In this document: positions 50,120-57,372 of the stretch, piece by piece
How positions within the stretch are numbered: position 1 is the stretch's first letter
Layout: each line of letters begins with the position of its first letter
DNA from: Octopus bimaculoides
Lineage: Eukaryota
Reading direction: 5' to 3'
DNA length: 64,000 nucleotides
Assembly: GCF_001194135.2 (NCBI RefSeq)
Contig: NC_068991.1
Location: forward strand, 7,834,127 to 7,898,126
Made by a program: the position numbers and the translations under genes
The notes under the pieces: generated by a model
Databases searched by the model: none
What the model saw: only the letters and a program-made list of their open reading frames with translations
Told to the model about the DNA's origin: nothing

Positions 50120-52074
50120 TCCGGGATCGATCGGCGAGGATCGTTGAACTGAAAGGTTCAAGCTAGTTTCGGAATATATCACATACACACACAAGACAGG
50201 GAAGTATTATAATATTTAACAATGACTAAAATATGCTACCTTTCATAAAGAACAAGCAAAATACACTTTTAGATTAAAGATAGAGATACATNNNNNNNNN
50301 NNNNNNNNNNNNNNNNNNNNNNNNNNNNNNNNNNNNNNNNNNNNNNNNNNNNNNNNNNNNNNNNNNNNNNNNNNNNNNNNNNNNNNNNNNNNNNNNNNNN
50401 NNNNNNNNNNNNNNNNNNNNNNNNNNNNNNNNNNNNNNNNNNNNNNNNNNNNNNNNNNNNNNNNNNNNNNNNNNNNNNNNNNNNNNNNNNNNNNNNNNNN
50501 NNNNNNNNNNNNNNNNNNNNNNNNNNNNNNNNNNNNNNNNNNNNNNNNNNNNNNNNNNNNNNNNNNNNNNNNNNNNNNNNNNNNNNNNNNNNNNNNNNNN
50601 NNNNNNNNNNNNNNNNNNNNNNNNNNNNNNNNNNNNNNNNNNNNNNNNNNNNNNNNNNNNNNNNNNNNNNNNNNNNNNNNNNNNNNNNNNNNNNNNNNNN
50701 NNNNNNNNNNNNNNNNNNNNNNNNNNNNNNNNNNNNNNNNNNNNNNNNNNNNNNNNNNNNNNNNNNNNNNNNNNNNNNNNNNNNNNNNNNNNNNNNNNNN
50801 NNNNNNNNNNNNNNNNNNNNNNNNNNNNNNNNNNNNNNNNNNNNNNNNNNNNNNNNNNNNNNNNNNNNNNNNNNNNNNNNNNNNNNNNNNNNNNNNNNNN
50901 NNNNNNNNNNNNNNNNNNNNNNNNNNNNNNNNNNNNNNNNNNNNNNNNNNNNNNNNNNNNNNNNNNNNNNNNNNNNNNNNNNNNNNNNNNNNNNNNNNNN
51001 NNNNNNNNNNNNNNNNNNNNNNNNNNNNNNNNNNNNNNNNNNNNNNNNNNNNNNNNNNNNNNNNNNNNNNNNNNNNNNNTATATAGTTTCTTTTGAACGT
51101 ACGAATCTTTGAATTTCTAGACATTGGTAACTAAGAGAAGAGATACCACCTGAAAAACGAAAATCAGTTGATCAAGCTCTTTCTATGATGGCTGATGTGT
51201 TTCACTCAATATAATCAACCCTTTATGAAAGTAGCAATGATTTTATTAACAACGGAAAGGAAGATGATGTTAACTCTAGCATTTAAACTCCATAATGCAA
51301 GAGAGCAAACTAATTACTCTAAGACATCAAATCCGGCATTCTGCTGTCATTAGTCTATAGTGCACTTGAAGAATAATAATTTCTTTAATTAACAAAGAAT
51401 ATCCGAATATGAACTCAGGTAATACAATGCGCGCATGTATCTCCCCCCCCCCTTTCAGAACTAATAAATAGATTATATTATTTCATATTCGCACTGCGTC
51501 GAGTTATTTTTAAATTTCGGTTAAAAATCGAATTGTCAGTGCTAAGAACCGATTTTATGGAGGAATCAAGTGTAGTTTTGCAAAAATATATTCGATCATT
51601 TTTATGGCAATGCAACTGTATCAAGACTATCTTGCGCGAGAAGAGAAAATAAAAATTAAAAAAAACTCTATCTAGGAAGCCTGTTGTTTATTGTATAACC
51701 AACGAATAAATTATTAATTTCATGTTTACAAATTAAACAGGTTTAAAACTATAAGTTATATAAATCGGAAAATTTTACGAAGAAGTAAATATATATATAT
51801 TAGGGATAAAATCCAAAATTACAGGTAAAAACACAATTAAATCAATTTATTAAAAATTAAAATTAAATTAAGCTTCGCAGTATAAAATATATGTATATAT
51901 ATTGGCGCATAACAAATAAGCAGGAAAAAAGGAAATAACTGATAACAGTTATGTTAAATAGCCATCACAGTTAAGTGTAAACATTTTAATTAAGGAAGGC
52001 ATGAAGATAAAGGTATGATATATATATATATATATATATATGCAGGGCAGGGAATCATCAATTATATATTTATG

Positions 52075-52125
<51 letters not shown>

Positions 52126-52328
52126 ATATAATGTGTATGTGTGTTAATGAAATGAAAACGGAAGTGCTAGGCATGTGAAATATATGTCAGTAATATGTTT
52201 CATTAAGAATAAAGAAAAACAACATGTTTTAGATAGAAAGATGGAATGTCAGAAAAATTAGTTCTTCCTTATTGTTTGGCTTAGAGCTGTGTTAGAATGC
52301 ATTTAGGAATATTAACGATACTTACCAT
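396..52328 (-). CDS. CABIN1: Calcineurin-binding protein cabin-1 gene span (40 visible coding exons; further exons hidden in N-gaps)
   Basis: Spliced translation starts MIRISALND...VTKEAQESEAY and includes [102 protein letters not shown] and a C-terminal [12 protein letters not shown]. These match CABIN1 blocks in order, and all traced introns are GT-AG. Confidence 0.96.
3070..3252. mobile_element. piggyBac-like MITE (TTAA-flanked)
   Basis: ttaa|CCCGTTTAGGATT...AATGCTAAAGGG|ttaa; same body recurs at 11720, 24317, 25812, 47166. Confidence 0.75.
4419..4974. mobile_element. mariner-derived foldback element made of two inverted 3' ends
   Basis: Arms 4419-4640 and 4754-4974 are inverted copies ending CGA(A/G)GGTGAGTCAAAAAG at TA; minus strand reads [14 protein letters not shown]...[19 protein letters not shown], a mariner transposase C-terminus. 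Confidence 0.88.
7270..7805. repeat. GA-rich low-complexity tandem array (GAGAGAGGTGGAGG-like units)
   Basis: Directly visible purine-rich repeats; source of the spurious ERERW/LSLSL ORFs. Confidence 0.9.
8205..8420 (-). mobile_element. tRNA-headed SINE with Nin/Deu-like core (degenerate copy)
   Basis: Contains GCCTTTCATCCTTTCGGGGTCGAT-like core in reverse; related copies near 9170, 17460, 33420, 36560, 39893, 41570, 52706, 61010. Confidence 0.65.
8754..9107 (-). CDS. CABIN1: CABIN1 exon 39 ([14 protein letters not shown]... S/G-rich ...EKLTSDVQ)
   Basis: ctacag|...|gtgcgt, 354 nt open, phase 0-0; assigned by position and strand, no recognised homology. Confidence 0.75.
11752..12644 (-). 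mobile_element. 5'-truncated RTE-clade LINE (ORF C-terminus, 3' UTR, (GAT)n tail)
   Basis: [13 protein letters not shown]...GRGRPRKTW...DRDLWKWAV stop at 12390; AGGAAGGGCATCC UTR motif; AATGT duplicated at 11747-11751 and 12645-12649. Confidence 0.9.
12796..12919. mobile_element. Tc1/mariner-type MITE, 124 bp
   Basis: Perfect 28-bp TIR CAGGGTGTCCACAAAGTCTGGGTACATG with TA on both sides. Confidence 0.9.
13646..13880 (-). CDS. CABIN1: CABIN1 exon 38 ([16 protein letters not shown]...VFRVIMKNA)
   Basis: tttcag|...|gttggt, 235 nt, phase 2-0; KYLRD motif; donor less certain. Confidence 0.88.
14357..14522 (+). mobile_element. tRNA-headed SINE 5' half
   Basis: ATAGGCGCAGGAGTGGCTGTGTGG (A-box-like)...GATTCAGTCCC (B-box-like)...CCTTGGGCAAGTG. 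Confidence 0.8.
15507..15830. mobile_element. probable hAT-like MITE remnant
   Basis: Begins CATAGGTTCTCAAAGTGGG; a matching end TTGAGAACCTCTG occurs in a related fragment near 29695. Confidence 0.4.
16491..16601 (-). CDS. CABIN1: CABIN1 exon 37 ([15 protein letters not shown]...[14 protein letters not shown])
   Basis: tttcag|...|gtttgt, 111 nt, phase 0-0. Confidence 0.93.
17460..17690 (-). mobile_element. tRNA-headed SINE with Nin/Deu-like core
   Basis: Near full-length copy from TTTCTTTATTGCCCA...GGGGCTAAAC tail to the GAATTTGAATTCAGAAC head segment. Confidence 0.75.
18373..19384 (-). CDS. CABIN1: CABIN1 exon 36 (large S/T/N-rich linker ending in [27 protein letters not shown])
   Basis: ttgtag|...|gtatgt, 1012 nt open frame, phase 2-0. 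Confidence 0.93.
20105..20417 (-). mobile_element. degenerate RTE-clade reverse transcriptase fragment
   Basis: [29 protein letters not shown](CAE, decayed YADD)...[28 protein letters not shown]...GRWPC.ICRK, with frameshifts. Confidence 0.85.
20575..20726 (-). CDS. CABIN1: CABIN1 exon 35 ([14 protein letters not shown]...[17 protein letters not shown])
   Basis: tatcag|...|gtaagc, 152 nt, phase 0-2. Confidence 0.92.
21159..21251 (-). CDS. CABIN1: CABIN1 exon 34 ([31 protein letters not shown])
   Basis: ttccag|...|gtatgt, 93 nt, phase 0-0. Confidence 0.94.
21947..22159 (-). CDS. CABIN1: CABIN1 exon 33 (MHWFPL...[15 protein letters not shown]...YLEHYKE)
   Basis: ttttag|...|gtaaaa, 213 nt, phase 0-0. 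Confidence 0.94.
22465..22718 (-). mobile_element. tRNA-headed SINE, second family
   Basis: Head GTGAAGGTGCATGGCTCAGTGGTTAGAGCG and GTGTTCTTGAGCAAGACACTTTAT; second copy 57113-57372. Confidence 0.8.
23041..23136 (-). mobile_element. RTE 3'-end fragment inserted in an older SINE
   Basis: Identical to 11752-11851 apart from tail length; interrupts the SINE at 22738-23200. Confidence 0.85.
23253..23414 (-). CDS. CABIN1: CABIN1 exon 32 (TELRMDQ...[10 protein letters not shown]...[22 protein letters not shown])
   Basis: ttacag|...|gtgaga, 162 nt, phase 0-0. Confidence 0.95.
24317..24527. mobile_element. piggyBac-like TTAA MITE
   Basis: CCCTTTAGTGTT...AATGCTAAAGGG|ttaa. Confidence 0.75.
24663..24774 (-). 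CDS. CABIN1: CABIN1 exon 31 ([27 protein letters not shown]...KLNS)
   Basis: ttccag|...|gtaaat, 112 nt, phase 2-0. Confidence 0.95.
25274..25336 (-). CDS. CABIN1: CABIN1 exon 30 ([20 protein letters not shown])
   Basis: ttttag|...|gtaagt, 63 nt, phase 2-2. Confidence 0.94.
25611..25695 (-). CDS. CABIN1: CABIN1 exon 29 ([28 protein letters not shown])
   Basis: tgtaag|...|gtacgt, 85 nt, phase 1-2. Confidence 0.9.
25812..26031. mobile_element. piggyBac-like TTAA MITE
   Basis: ttaa|CCATTTAGCAAT...AGTGCTAAAAGG|ttaa. Confidence 0.75.
26310..26364 (-). CDS. CABIN1: CABIN1 exon 28 ([18 protein letters not shown])
   Basis: ttgaag|...|gtatat, 55 nt, phase 0-1. Confidence 0.88.
26766..26867 (-). CDS. 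CABIN1: CABIN1 exon 27 ([34 protein letters not shown])
   Basis: tttcag|...|gtaaat, 102 nt, phase 0-0. Confidence 0.94.
27130..27720 (-). mobile_element. degenerate RLE-type (R4/Dong-like) non-LTR retrotransposon C-terminus
   Basis: [20 protein letters not shown]....[11 protein letters not shown] (CCHC region), [10 protein letters not shown]...[24 protein letters not shown], with frameshifts. Confidence 0.85.
27810..28017 (-). CDS. CABIN1: CABIN1 exon 26 ([12 protein letters not shown]...[27 protein letters not shown])
   Basis: tcccag|...|gtaaat, 208 nt, phase 2-0. Confidence 0.95.
28834..28950 (-). CDS. CABIN1: CABIN1 exon 25 (EESKLH...[14 protein letters not shown])
   Basis: ttacag|...|gtgagt, 117 nt, phase 2-2. 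Confidence 0.93.
29329..29471. repeat. long inverted repeat (about 65-bp arms, 26-bp perfect core, 15-nt loop)
   Basis: TTGTGTCTTGCAACCTTTTCAATAGT / ACTATTGAAAAGGTTGCAAGACACAA. Confidence 0.9.
29479..29536 (-). pseudogene. 5'-truncated tRNA-Glu-derived pseudogene, anticodon loop CTTAAAC
   Basis: GTGGTTAGGATTCCTGGCTTAAACCCAGGCAGCCTGTGTTCGATTCCCGGCATGGGAA resembles metazoan tRNA-Glu; 5' acceptor strand absent. Confidence 0.8.
30085..30258 (-). CDS. CABIN1: CABIN1 exon 24 ([10 protein letters not shown]...NLIRVI...[12 protein letters not shown])
   Basis: ttgtag|...|gttagt, 174 nt, phase 2-2. Confidence 0.92.
30916..31040 (-). CDS. CABIN1: CABIN1 exon 23 ([14 protein letters not shown]...[15 protein letters not shown])
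   Basis: tttcag|...|gttcgt, 125 nt, phase 0-2. Confidence 0.88.
31370..31530. repeat. compound (TA/CA) tandem repeat, 20-bp period, followed by GA-rich array 31610-31755
   Basis: CATACACATACATATATATA repeated. Confidence 0.9.
31944..32030 (-). CDS. CABIN1: CABIN1 exon 22 ([29 protein letters not shown])
   Basis: tcacag|...|gtaagg, 87 nt, phase 0-0. Confidence 0.91.
32565..32734 (-). CDS. CABIN1: CABIN1 exon 21 ([24 protein letters not shown]...TTSAE)
   Basis: tttcag|...|gtaagc, 170 nt, phase 1-0; RCQSLE motif. Confidence 0.92.
32930..33313 (-). mobile_element. tRNA-headed SINE, near full length
   Basis: Same family as 14357; GGAGCACCGCCTTTAGTCGAGC...TCCACTCACAAGGC...CCACACAGCCACT. Confidence 0.85.
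33911..34001 (-). CDS. CABIN1: CABIN1 exon 20 (VLQYLAY...[14 protein letters not shown])
   Basis: actcag|...|gtaagt, 91 nt, phase 0-1. Confidence 0.91.
34230..34300 (-). CDS. CABIN1: CABIN1 exon 19 ([24 protein letters not shown])
   Basis: aaccag|...|gtgagt, 71 nt, phase 1-0; WLKARF motif; preceded by at least one unresolved exon. Confidence 0.9.
34420..34790 (+). mobile_element. RTE 3'-UTR-derived repeat with internal GGGCACTTGTGC tandem units
   Basis: GGAAGGGCATCCAGCTGTAGAAA motif; opposite orientation to the copy at 35975-36200. Confidence 0.7.
35726..35811 (-). CDS. CABIN1: CABIN1 exon 18 ([19 protein letters not shown]...)
   Basis: tttcag|...|gtatgt, 86 nt, phase 0-2; ELxLDQWL motif. 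Confidence 0.9.
36791..36830 (-). CDS. CABIN1: CABIN1 exon 17 ([14 protein letters not shown])
   Basis: ctttag|...|gtacgt, 40 nt, phase 2-0. Confidence 0.82.
37626..37703 (-). CDS. CABIN1: CABIN1 exon 16 ([26 protein letters not shown])
   Basis: gaacag|...|gtaaga, 78 nt, phase 2-2. Confidence 0.88.
38480..38630 (-). CDS. CABIN1: CABIN1 exon 15 ([23 protein letters not shown]...NGGIIDLM...LKW)
   Basis: ttctag|...|gtaagg, 151 nt, phase 1-2. Confidence 0.92.
39718..39785 (-). CDS. CABIN1: CABIN1 exon 14 ([22 protein letters not shown])
   Basis: ttaaag|...|gtaatt, 68 nt, phase 2-1, bridges the phases of its neighbours. Confidence 0.8.
40046..40128 (-). CDS. CABIN1: CABIN1 exon 13 ([27 protein letters not shown])
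   Basis: tggcag|...|gtaaat, 83 nt, phase 0-2. Confidence 0.9.
40253..40368 (-). CDS. CABIN1: CABIN1 exon 12 ([11 protein letters not shown]...KRKR...KRRSAR), basic NLS-like stretch
   Basis: gtgtag|...|gttggt, 116 nt, phase 1-0. Confidence 0.9.
40555..40997 (-). mobile_element. tRNA-headed SINE, near full length, internal (TA)n
   Basis: Same family as 32930 and 61222. Confidence 0.85.
41238..41490 (-). CDS. CABIN1: CABIN1 exon 11 ([11 protein letters not shown]... Ser/Ala-rich linker)
   Basis: tttaag|...C|gtaaga, 253 nt, phase 0-1; donor chosen because it fits the next exon's phase and an in-frame stop follows. Confidence 0.82.
41770..42325 (-). mobile_element. RTE 3' UTR with tandem GTGCTTTTTACGTGCCACTGGCACAGGAGCCAGTCAGG-like units
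   Basis: Shares tail, AGGAAGGGCATCC motif and CCGGGTCTTCTCA ORF-end sequence with the 11752 element; similar copy 47440-47805. Confidence 0.75.
42604..42670 (-). CDS. CABIN1: CABIN1 exon 10 ([23 protein letters not shown])
   Basis: tttcag|...|gtatgt, 67 nt, phase 2-0. Confidence 0.92.
43196..43296 (-). CDS. CABIN1: CABIN1 exon 9 ([14 protein letters not shown]...PKPILEY)
   Basis: ttccag|...|gtaagt, 101 nt, phase 0-2. Confidence 0.92.
44016..44064 (-). CDS. CABIN1: CABIN1 exon 8 ([17 protein letters not shown])
   Basis: cttcag|...|gtgagg, 49 nt, phase 2-0, bridges the phases of its neighbours. Confidence 0.87.
44197..44326 (-). CDS. CABIN1: CABIN1 exon 7 ([13 protein letters not shown]...[15 protein letters not shown])
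   Basis: ttgcag|...|gtaaat, 130 nt, phase 1-2. Confidence 0.94.
45297..45375 (-). CDS. CABIN1: CABIN1 exon 6 ([26 protein letters not shown])
   Basis: atttag|...|gtaagt, 79 nt, phase 0-1. Confidence 0.94.
45947..46048 (-). CDS. CABIN1: CABIN1 exon 5 ([16 protein letters not shown]...AAYSFQQ)
   Basis: ttccag|...|gtttgt, 102 nt, phase 0-0. Confidence 0.92.
46877..47014 (-). CDS. CABIN1: CABIN1 exon 4 (ANRIVDEEG...[15 protein letters not shown]...YFLK)
   Basis: tttcag|...|gtaatt, 138 nt, phase 0-0. Confidence 0.94.
47166..47375. mobile_element. piggyBac-like MITE, degenerate
   Basis: CCTTTAGTATTCAGA...TAAAGG|ttaa with the shared body. Confidence 0.65.
48036..48149 (-). CDS. CABIN1: CABIN1 exon 3 ([15 protein letters not shown]...DFLLE), TPR region
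   Basis: ttgtag|...|gtatgg, 114 nt, phase 0-0. Confidence 0.93.
48535..48621 (-). CDS. CABIN1: CABIN1 exon 2 ([29 protein letters not shown])
   Basis: tttttag|...|gtaagt, 87 nt, phase 0-0. Confidence 0.93.
52326..52328 (-). CDS. CABIN1: CABIN1 coding exon 1 (ATG only)
   Basis: gcaagATG|gtaagt; phase 0 joins to IRISAL giving MIRISAL; no other ATG|GTAAG seen between here and exon 2. Confidence 0.75.
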
Positions 52329-52480
52329 CTTGCAATAGGATAGCGCCTTTTCTCACGCAGGTGCAACATACCTAGGAGGAATGCATGATGTTTTTCGAGA
52401 TGATTTTTACAAAGATGAAAAGGTAAATGCAACTGAAAGCTATCCAAGAACCGCCATGCGCCCATTAGGGCGCCACCATA
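52326..52480 (-). promoter_or_regulatory. putative CABIN1 5' UTR / promoter-proximal CpG-rich patch
   Basis: CpG-rich sequence directly upstream of the ATG; palindrome GCGCCC-ATTA-GGGCGC at 52458-52473; possible acceptor tcctcctag before 52371. Confidence 0.4.
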
Positions 52481-52705
52481 ACGTTCTTTGGTATTGTTGA
52501 CAGCATTTTCAGTTTCGTAAAAATGCAGTTGGTTAATTTATAGACTATTTAGGTACTGTTATTAAAACGATAGAATTCCTTCGTAAATAAATTTAGAACT
52601 ATGATTAGTTTATTTGAATGTTGTTTATGGAAATAAATACGTAACATTTTGTGATTGTTTAAAAATTCTGCGCTTGAAGCTGTCAGCTGAATTGACAATC
52701 TAATT

Positions 52706-52870
52706 TAGGCGACGAGCTTGGCAGAATCGTTAGCACAGCAAATAAACTGCCTAGCGGTATTTCGACCGTTCTGAGTTCAAATTCCGCCCATGTCGATTTT
52801 GCTTTTAATCCTGAGATCGATGTAATCGATTAGCTATGCTTCCATAAAATTTTAGGGTTTGTACCTATAA
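52706..52870 (+). mobile_element. tRNA-headed Nin/Deu-like SINE 5' part, CpG-retaining
   Basis: GGCGACGAGCTTGGCAGAATCGTTAGCAC...GTTCTGAGTTCAAATTCCGCC; inverted related copy at about 52940-53120. Confidence 0.75.
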
Positions 52871-53799
52871 TAGAAAATTTTATTAAGGCTGAGTTTGCAA
52901 AGAGGCAAATTTCGTTGGTTTCTTGTGACCGGACGACTGTGCCATCTCAAATTTTGAGTGGGGAAGCAAGTCGATTAGATCGACTCCAGAGCTCGACAGG
53001 TACTTATTTTGTCGACCCTGAAAACTCGATCTCGGCGGAATTTGATCTCAGTATGTACAGAACGAGAAAAACAGTAAACACCTCATCCGATGTGTTACTG
53101 ATTCTGCCAGTTCGCCACCTAAGGAAATGGAATAATACTTTCTGAACGTTAGACAAACGCATATTGATGACGAACAAACTAAAGGGTTTGACCCGAGCAA
53201 AAAAAAAAAAAAAAAAAAAAAANNNNNNNNNNNNNNNNNNNNNNNNNNNNNNNNNNNNNNNNNNNNNNNNNNNNNNNNNNNNNNNNNNNNNNNNNNNNNN
53301 NNNNNNNNNNNNNNNNNNNNNNNNNNNNNNNNNNNNNNNNNNNNNNNNNNNNNNNNNNNNNNNNNNNNNNNNNNNNNNNNNNNNNNNNNNNNNNNNNNNN
53401 NNNNNNNNNNNNNNNNNNNNNNNNNNNNNNNNNNNNNNNNNNNNNNNNNNNNNNNNNNNNNNNNNNNNNNNNNNNNNNNNNNNNNNNNNNNNNNNNNNNN
53501 NNNNNNNNNNNNNNNNNNNNNNNNNNNNNNNNNNNNNNNNNNNNNNNNNNNNNNNNNNNNNNNNNNNNNNNNNNNNNNNNNNNNNNNNNNNNNNNNNNNN
53601 NNNNNNNNNNNNNNNNNNNNNNNNNNATGAAAAAAAAAATGCGCGCTCGCGAACGGGGTGGGGTGGTGGGGAGAGGACTCGGAAAATTCACATCGTCAGA
53701 CCATGACCTTTAAACTCTAGTGTTTGACCCGACCAAAAACAATTTTTTAATAGTGTAATAGCTGTACAACAGCATGTCCTTTAAACTCCAGCTTGAGTC

Positions 53800-54295
53800 G
53801 GATTCTTTAAGTGGAGCTAAGCAGTAGGAGACCAAGAATGAGATGGTTGGATAATATCCATGGTCTCAGTTGGTCATGCTTGGGAAATCAGCAGAAAAGT
53901 GTAATGATGATTGTTTCCGATAGGACCCTATGGAGGAGGTGCCTGAGGACTCTACCCCACGACCCTCTCAGGAATAGCGGGCAAAAGAACCTCCAAAAAG
54001 CTGATGGATGGATTGATTTGAGAGAGATTTGACTGCTATGTCTAGCAGGTTGACTAACCATATAAAAGCTCCCTTGTTGTAAGCTTAGAGCTTCTGATAG
54101 GACCCTATGGAGGAGGTGCCTGAGGACTCTACCCCACGACCCTCCCAGGAATAGCGGGCAAAAGAACCTCCAAAAAACTGATGGATTGATTGATTTGAGA
54201 GAGATTTGACTGCTATGTCTAGCAGGTTGACTAACCATATAAAAGCCTCCTTGTTGTAAGCTCTAACCATATAAAAGCCTCCTTGTGGTAAGCTC
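53800..54295 (+). mobile_element. RTE-like LINE C-terminal remnant with tandemly duplicated 3' end (177-bp period)
   Basis: RRPRMRWLDNI...DRTLWRR; GATAGGACCCTATGGAGG at 53919 and 54096. Confidence 0.7.
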
Positions 54296-56199
54296 AGAGC
54301 TGTGTGGTTATCTCTTTATATATATCAGAGAAGTTGGTGCATATAAAGAAAAAAAAAAGGGATTTAATTATGAATTAAATTTTTTGGTGCAGTCAGAGCA
54401 AACGATGAAGTCAGAGGGAATTTTGGCTGATTAACAAAGACCTATTTGGAACTTTGGCAAGAAGGACAAGAAACCAGTGGGAACTCTGGCAAACCGACAA
54501 GGAACCAGCACGAAGCCCAGTTGATATTAAAAGTACAACTTGCACTGAAGTAAACTGCCTGTCTGACATCTTGAAATTTATAGACAAGTTCTGCAAGTTG
54601 TTATTGTCATTGTTGTTGTTGTTTATTCCTAGTCAGCTCTGTTCAAGTAAATTTTATAACCAAGTAAATTCCAGCCATTACTGTTTTGTCTTTTTTTTTT
54701 TCTATGTGCAAGGGAACCAAGAGCAATGTTATTTAATGTGTTCATATTTTTTAAAAAACTGTAAGGTGTTATTTTGAAAGATTTTGTGTNNNNNNNNNNN
54801 NNNNNNNNNNNNNNNNNNNNNNNNNNNNNNNNNNNNNNNNNNNNNNNNNNNNNNNNNNNNNNNNNNNNNNNNNNNNNNNNNNNNNNNNNNNNNNNNNNNN
54901 NNNNNNNNNNNNNNNNNNNNNNNNNNNNNNNNNNNNNNNNNNNNNNNNNNNNNNNNNNNNNNNNNNNNNNNNNNNNNNNNNNNNNNNNNNNNNNNNNNNN
55001 NNNNNNNNNNNNNNNNNNNNNNNNNNNNNNNNNNNNNNNNNNNNNNNNNNNNNNNNNNNNNNNNNNNNNNNNNNNNNNNNNNNNNNNNNNNNNNNNNNNN
55101 NNNNNNNNNNNNNNNNNNNNNNNNNNNNNNNNNNNNNNNNNNNNNNNNNNNNNNNNNNNNNNNNNNNNNNNNNNNNNNNNNNNNNNNNNNNNNNNNNNNN
55201 NNNNNNNNNNNNNNNNNNNNNNNNNNNNNNNNNNNNNNNNNNNNNNNNNNNNNNNNNNNNNNNNNNNNNNNNNNNNNNNNNNNNNNNNNNNNNNNNNNNN
55301 NNNNNNNNNNNNNNNNNNNNNNNNNNNNNNNNNNNNNNNNNNNNNNNNNNNNNNNNNNNNNNNNNNNNNNNNNNNNNNNNNNNNNNNNNNNNNNNNNNNN
55401 NNNNNNNNNNNNNNNNNNNNNNNNNNNNNNNNNNNNNNNNNNNNNNNNNNNNNNNNNNNNNNNNNNNNNNNNNNNNNNNNNNNNNNNNNNNNNNNNNNNN
55501 NNNNNNNNNNNNNNNNNNNNNNNNNNNNNNNNNNNNNNNNNNNNNNNNNNNNNNNNNNNNNNNNNNNNNNNNNNNNTGTTTGATAACCCATGTTCGTGTG
55601 TTTATGTCTCCCGTAACTTAGCAGTTCGGCGAAAGAGAACCAATAAAATAAGTAAAGTAGGCTTAAGAAATAAGTCATGGGTCGGCTTGTTCGACTGAAA
55701 CTCTTCAAGGTGGTGCTCCAGCATGGCAGCAGTCAAACGACTGAAACAAGTAAAAGAATAAAAGAATTTGAGAAATGTCAGAAAGGAAAGGGTGGAATAT
55801 CATCAAAATAATATTTTTTTCTTTTGCAACATAACTAATTTAAATCAACAAAATGTACGAGGGAACAAAGTGAAGGCATGTTAATTGTTCGAAATTACAT
55901 CGGTGGTGGGAACACACGTTTTAATCTTGAATTTTGCTTTAATATGATTTCAAGCATAGGATCGTTCCCAAGTCAGTGTTAGAAACGCTTAGTTTGCAAA
56001 TTCTGGGGTAGGTGTTTTCTAGATTAAAACGATTTCAACATTTGATTGCTGTTACTAAGAGTCAGAAAAAGCAGGAAAATAAAAAGCCGTCTGCATCCAA
56101 GGGAGGCTACTCAGAACGTTTGCAGTTTTTTTTTGTGCCTAAGGGAGAGAATTATTTAAAGCACCTTATCAAAATTTATAATCATTTGACCACCACTAT

Positions 56200-56470
56200 C
56201 GTCACTATCGCTCCTCCACATCTTCGTCGTCGTCGTCGTTATCACCAGCCACCATCATCATCACCATCATCATCATCATCATTATCGTCACCATCATTAT
56301 CAGCAGCAGCATCAATATCGTCGACGTCGTCACCATCGTCCTCATCATTATAGTCATCATCGTCGTCACCACCACCAAAAAAAAAAAGCCCCACCACCAC
56401 CACCACCACTGCCGCCGCCGCTGCCATCACCACCACCACCGCCGCCGTCGCCGTCACCACCACCATCATC
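56200..56470. repeat. mixed trinucleotide array (CAT/CAC/CGT/CGC)
   Basis: Directly visible; similar array at 57645-57775. Confidence 0.85.
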
Positions 56471-57112
56471 TCATTTTTTGGCTTTTATCTGTAAATTTTC
56501 CCAGCTGGGGTTTACGATATTTAGGGCTCCCATTTTCTACTCCTTCCTATTTGTAAAATCTGTTATCTTTGAAGTCGATTGGTCTTATGTGCTAAAGTTT
56601 CTGCCAGCTTGCTGCTTTCTCGCTCGCTAAGAAATAATAACCAAGACTTCCTCAAATCATATTTTGCCATCTTCAGAAAGGAAATACACAACAGACAATG
56701 GTTTTAGATCTAAATGCCCTTTTTTCTCCATTTCTTACCTCATCCCATTGTTGTACAGTACACCAGTTCATCTCTGGACAATTTCAGTAATATAAATATG
56801 GAACTGAAAGGGAGATGGAAGGGACAGACATTCAGTGGAATGAAGAAGCAAGGAAGATTCTGATGAAGTCATCTCTAATTAAGCAGCTGTGTGGATGAAT
56901 GTAATCTTTATGTTAACGACTGTGTGTCCCGTTCCACCAAGATATGGAGAAGGGCTGTGAATTAGGGGCTAATGTGTTACATAAACCAACCAAGGCTGTA
57001 GTTCACAACCATTTTTTTATCTACAGACCCCTTTGTTTACCGTTTTACTCTGTCTGCTATTGTCCTTTATTTGTGGGACAATAGCAGACAGAGGCACAAG
57101 TCTGGACAAGGT

Positions 57113-57372
57113 TTTTTATGGAAGACCAGCAGTTGCCCATGCATGCCAGCCTCCCCTCTGCATGCCACCGATGTTAACCAAGAGAAAGGGAAAGGGCTTA
57201 ATATAACTTGGCACCAGTGACATCGCAACCCATTTCTACAGCTGAGTGAACTGGAGTAACGTGAAATAAAGTGTCTTGCTCAAGAACACAGCACACAGCC
57301 CAATCTGGGAACTGAACTCACTACCTCGTGATTGTGAGCCCAAAGCTCTAACCACTGAGCTATGTGCCTTCA
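57113..57372 (-). mobile_element. tRNA-headed SINE, second family
   Basis: Homologous to 22465-22718. Confidence 0.8.

Noticed and set aside
56012-56469. Ser/His- and Asp/Val-rich ORFs
   Set aside because: Mostly trinucleotide microsatellite; no recognisable domain.
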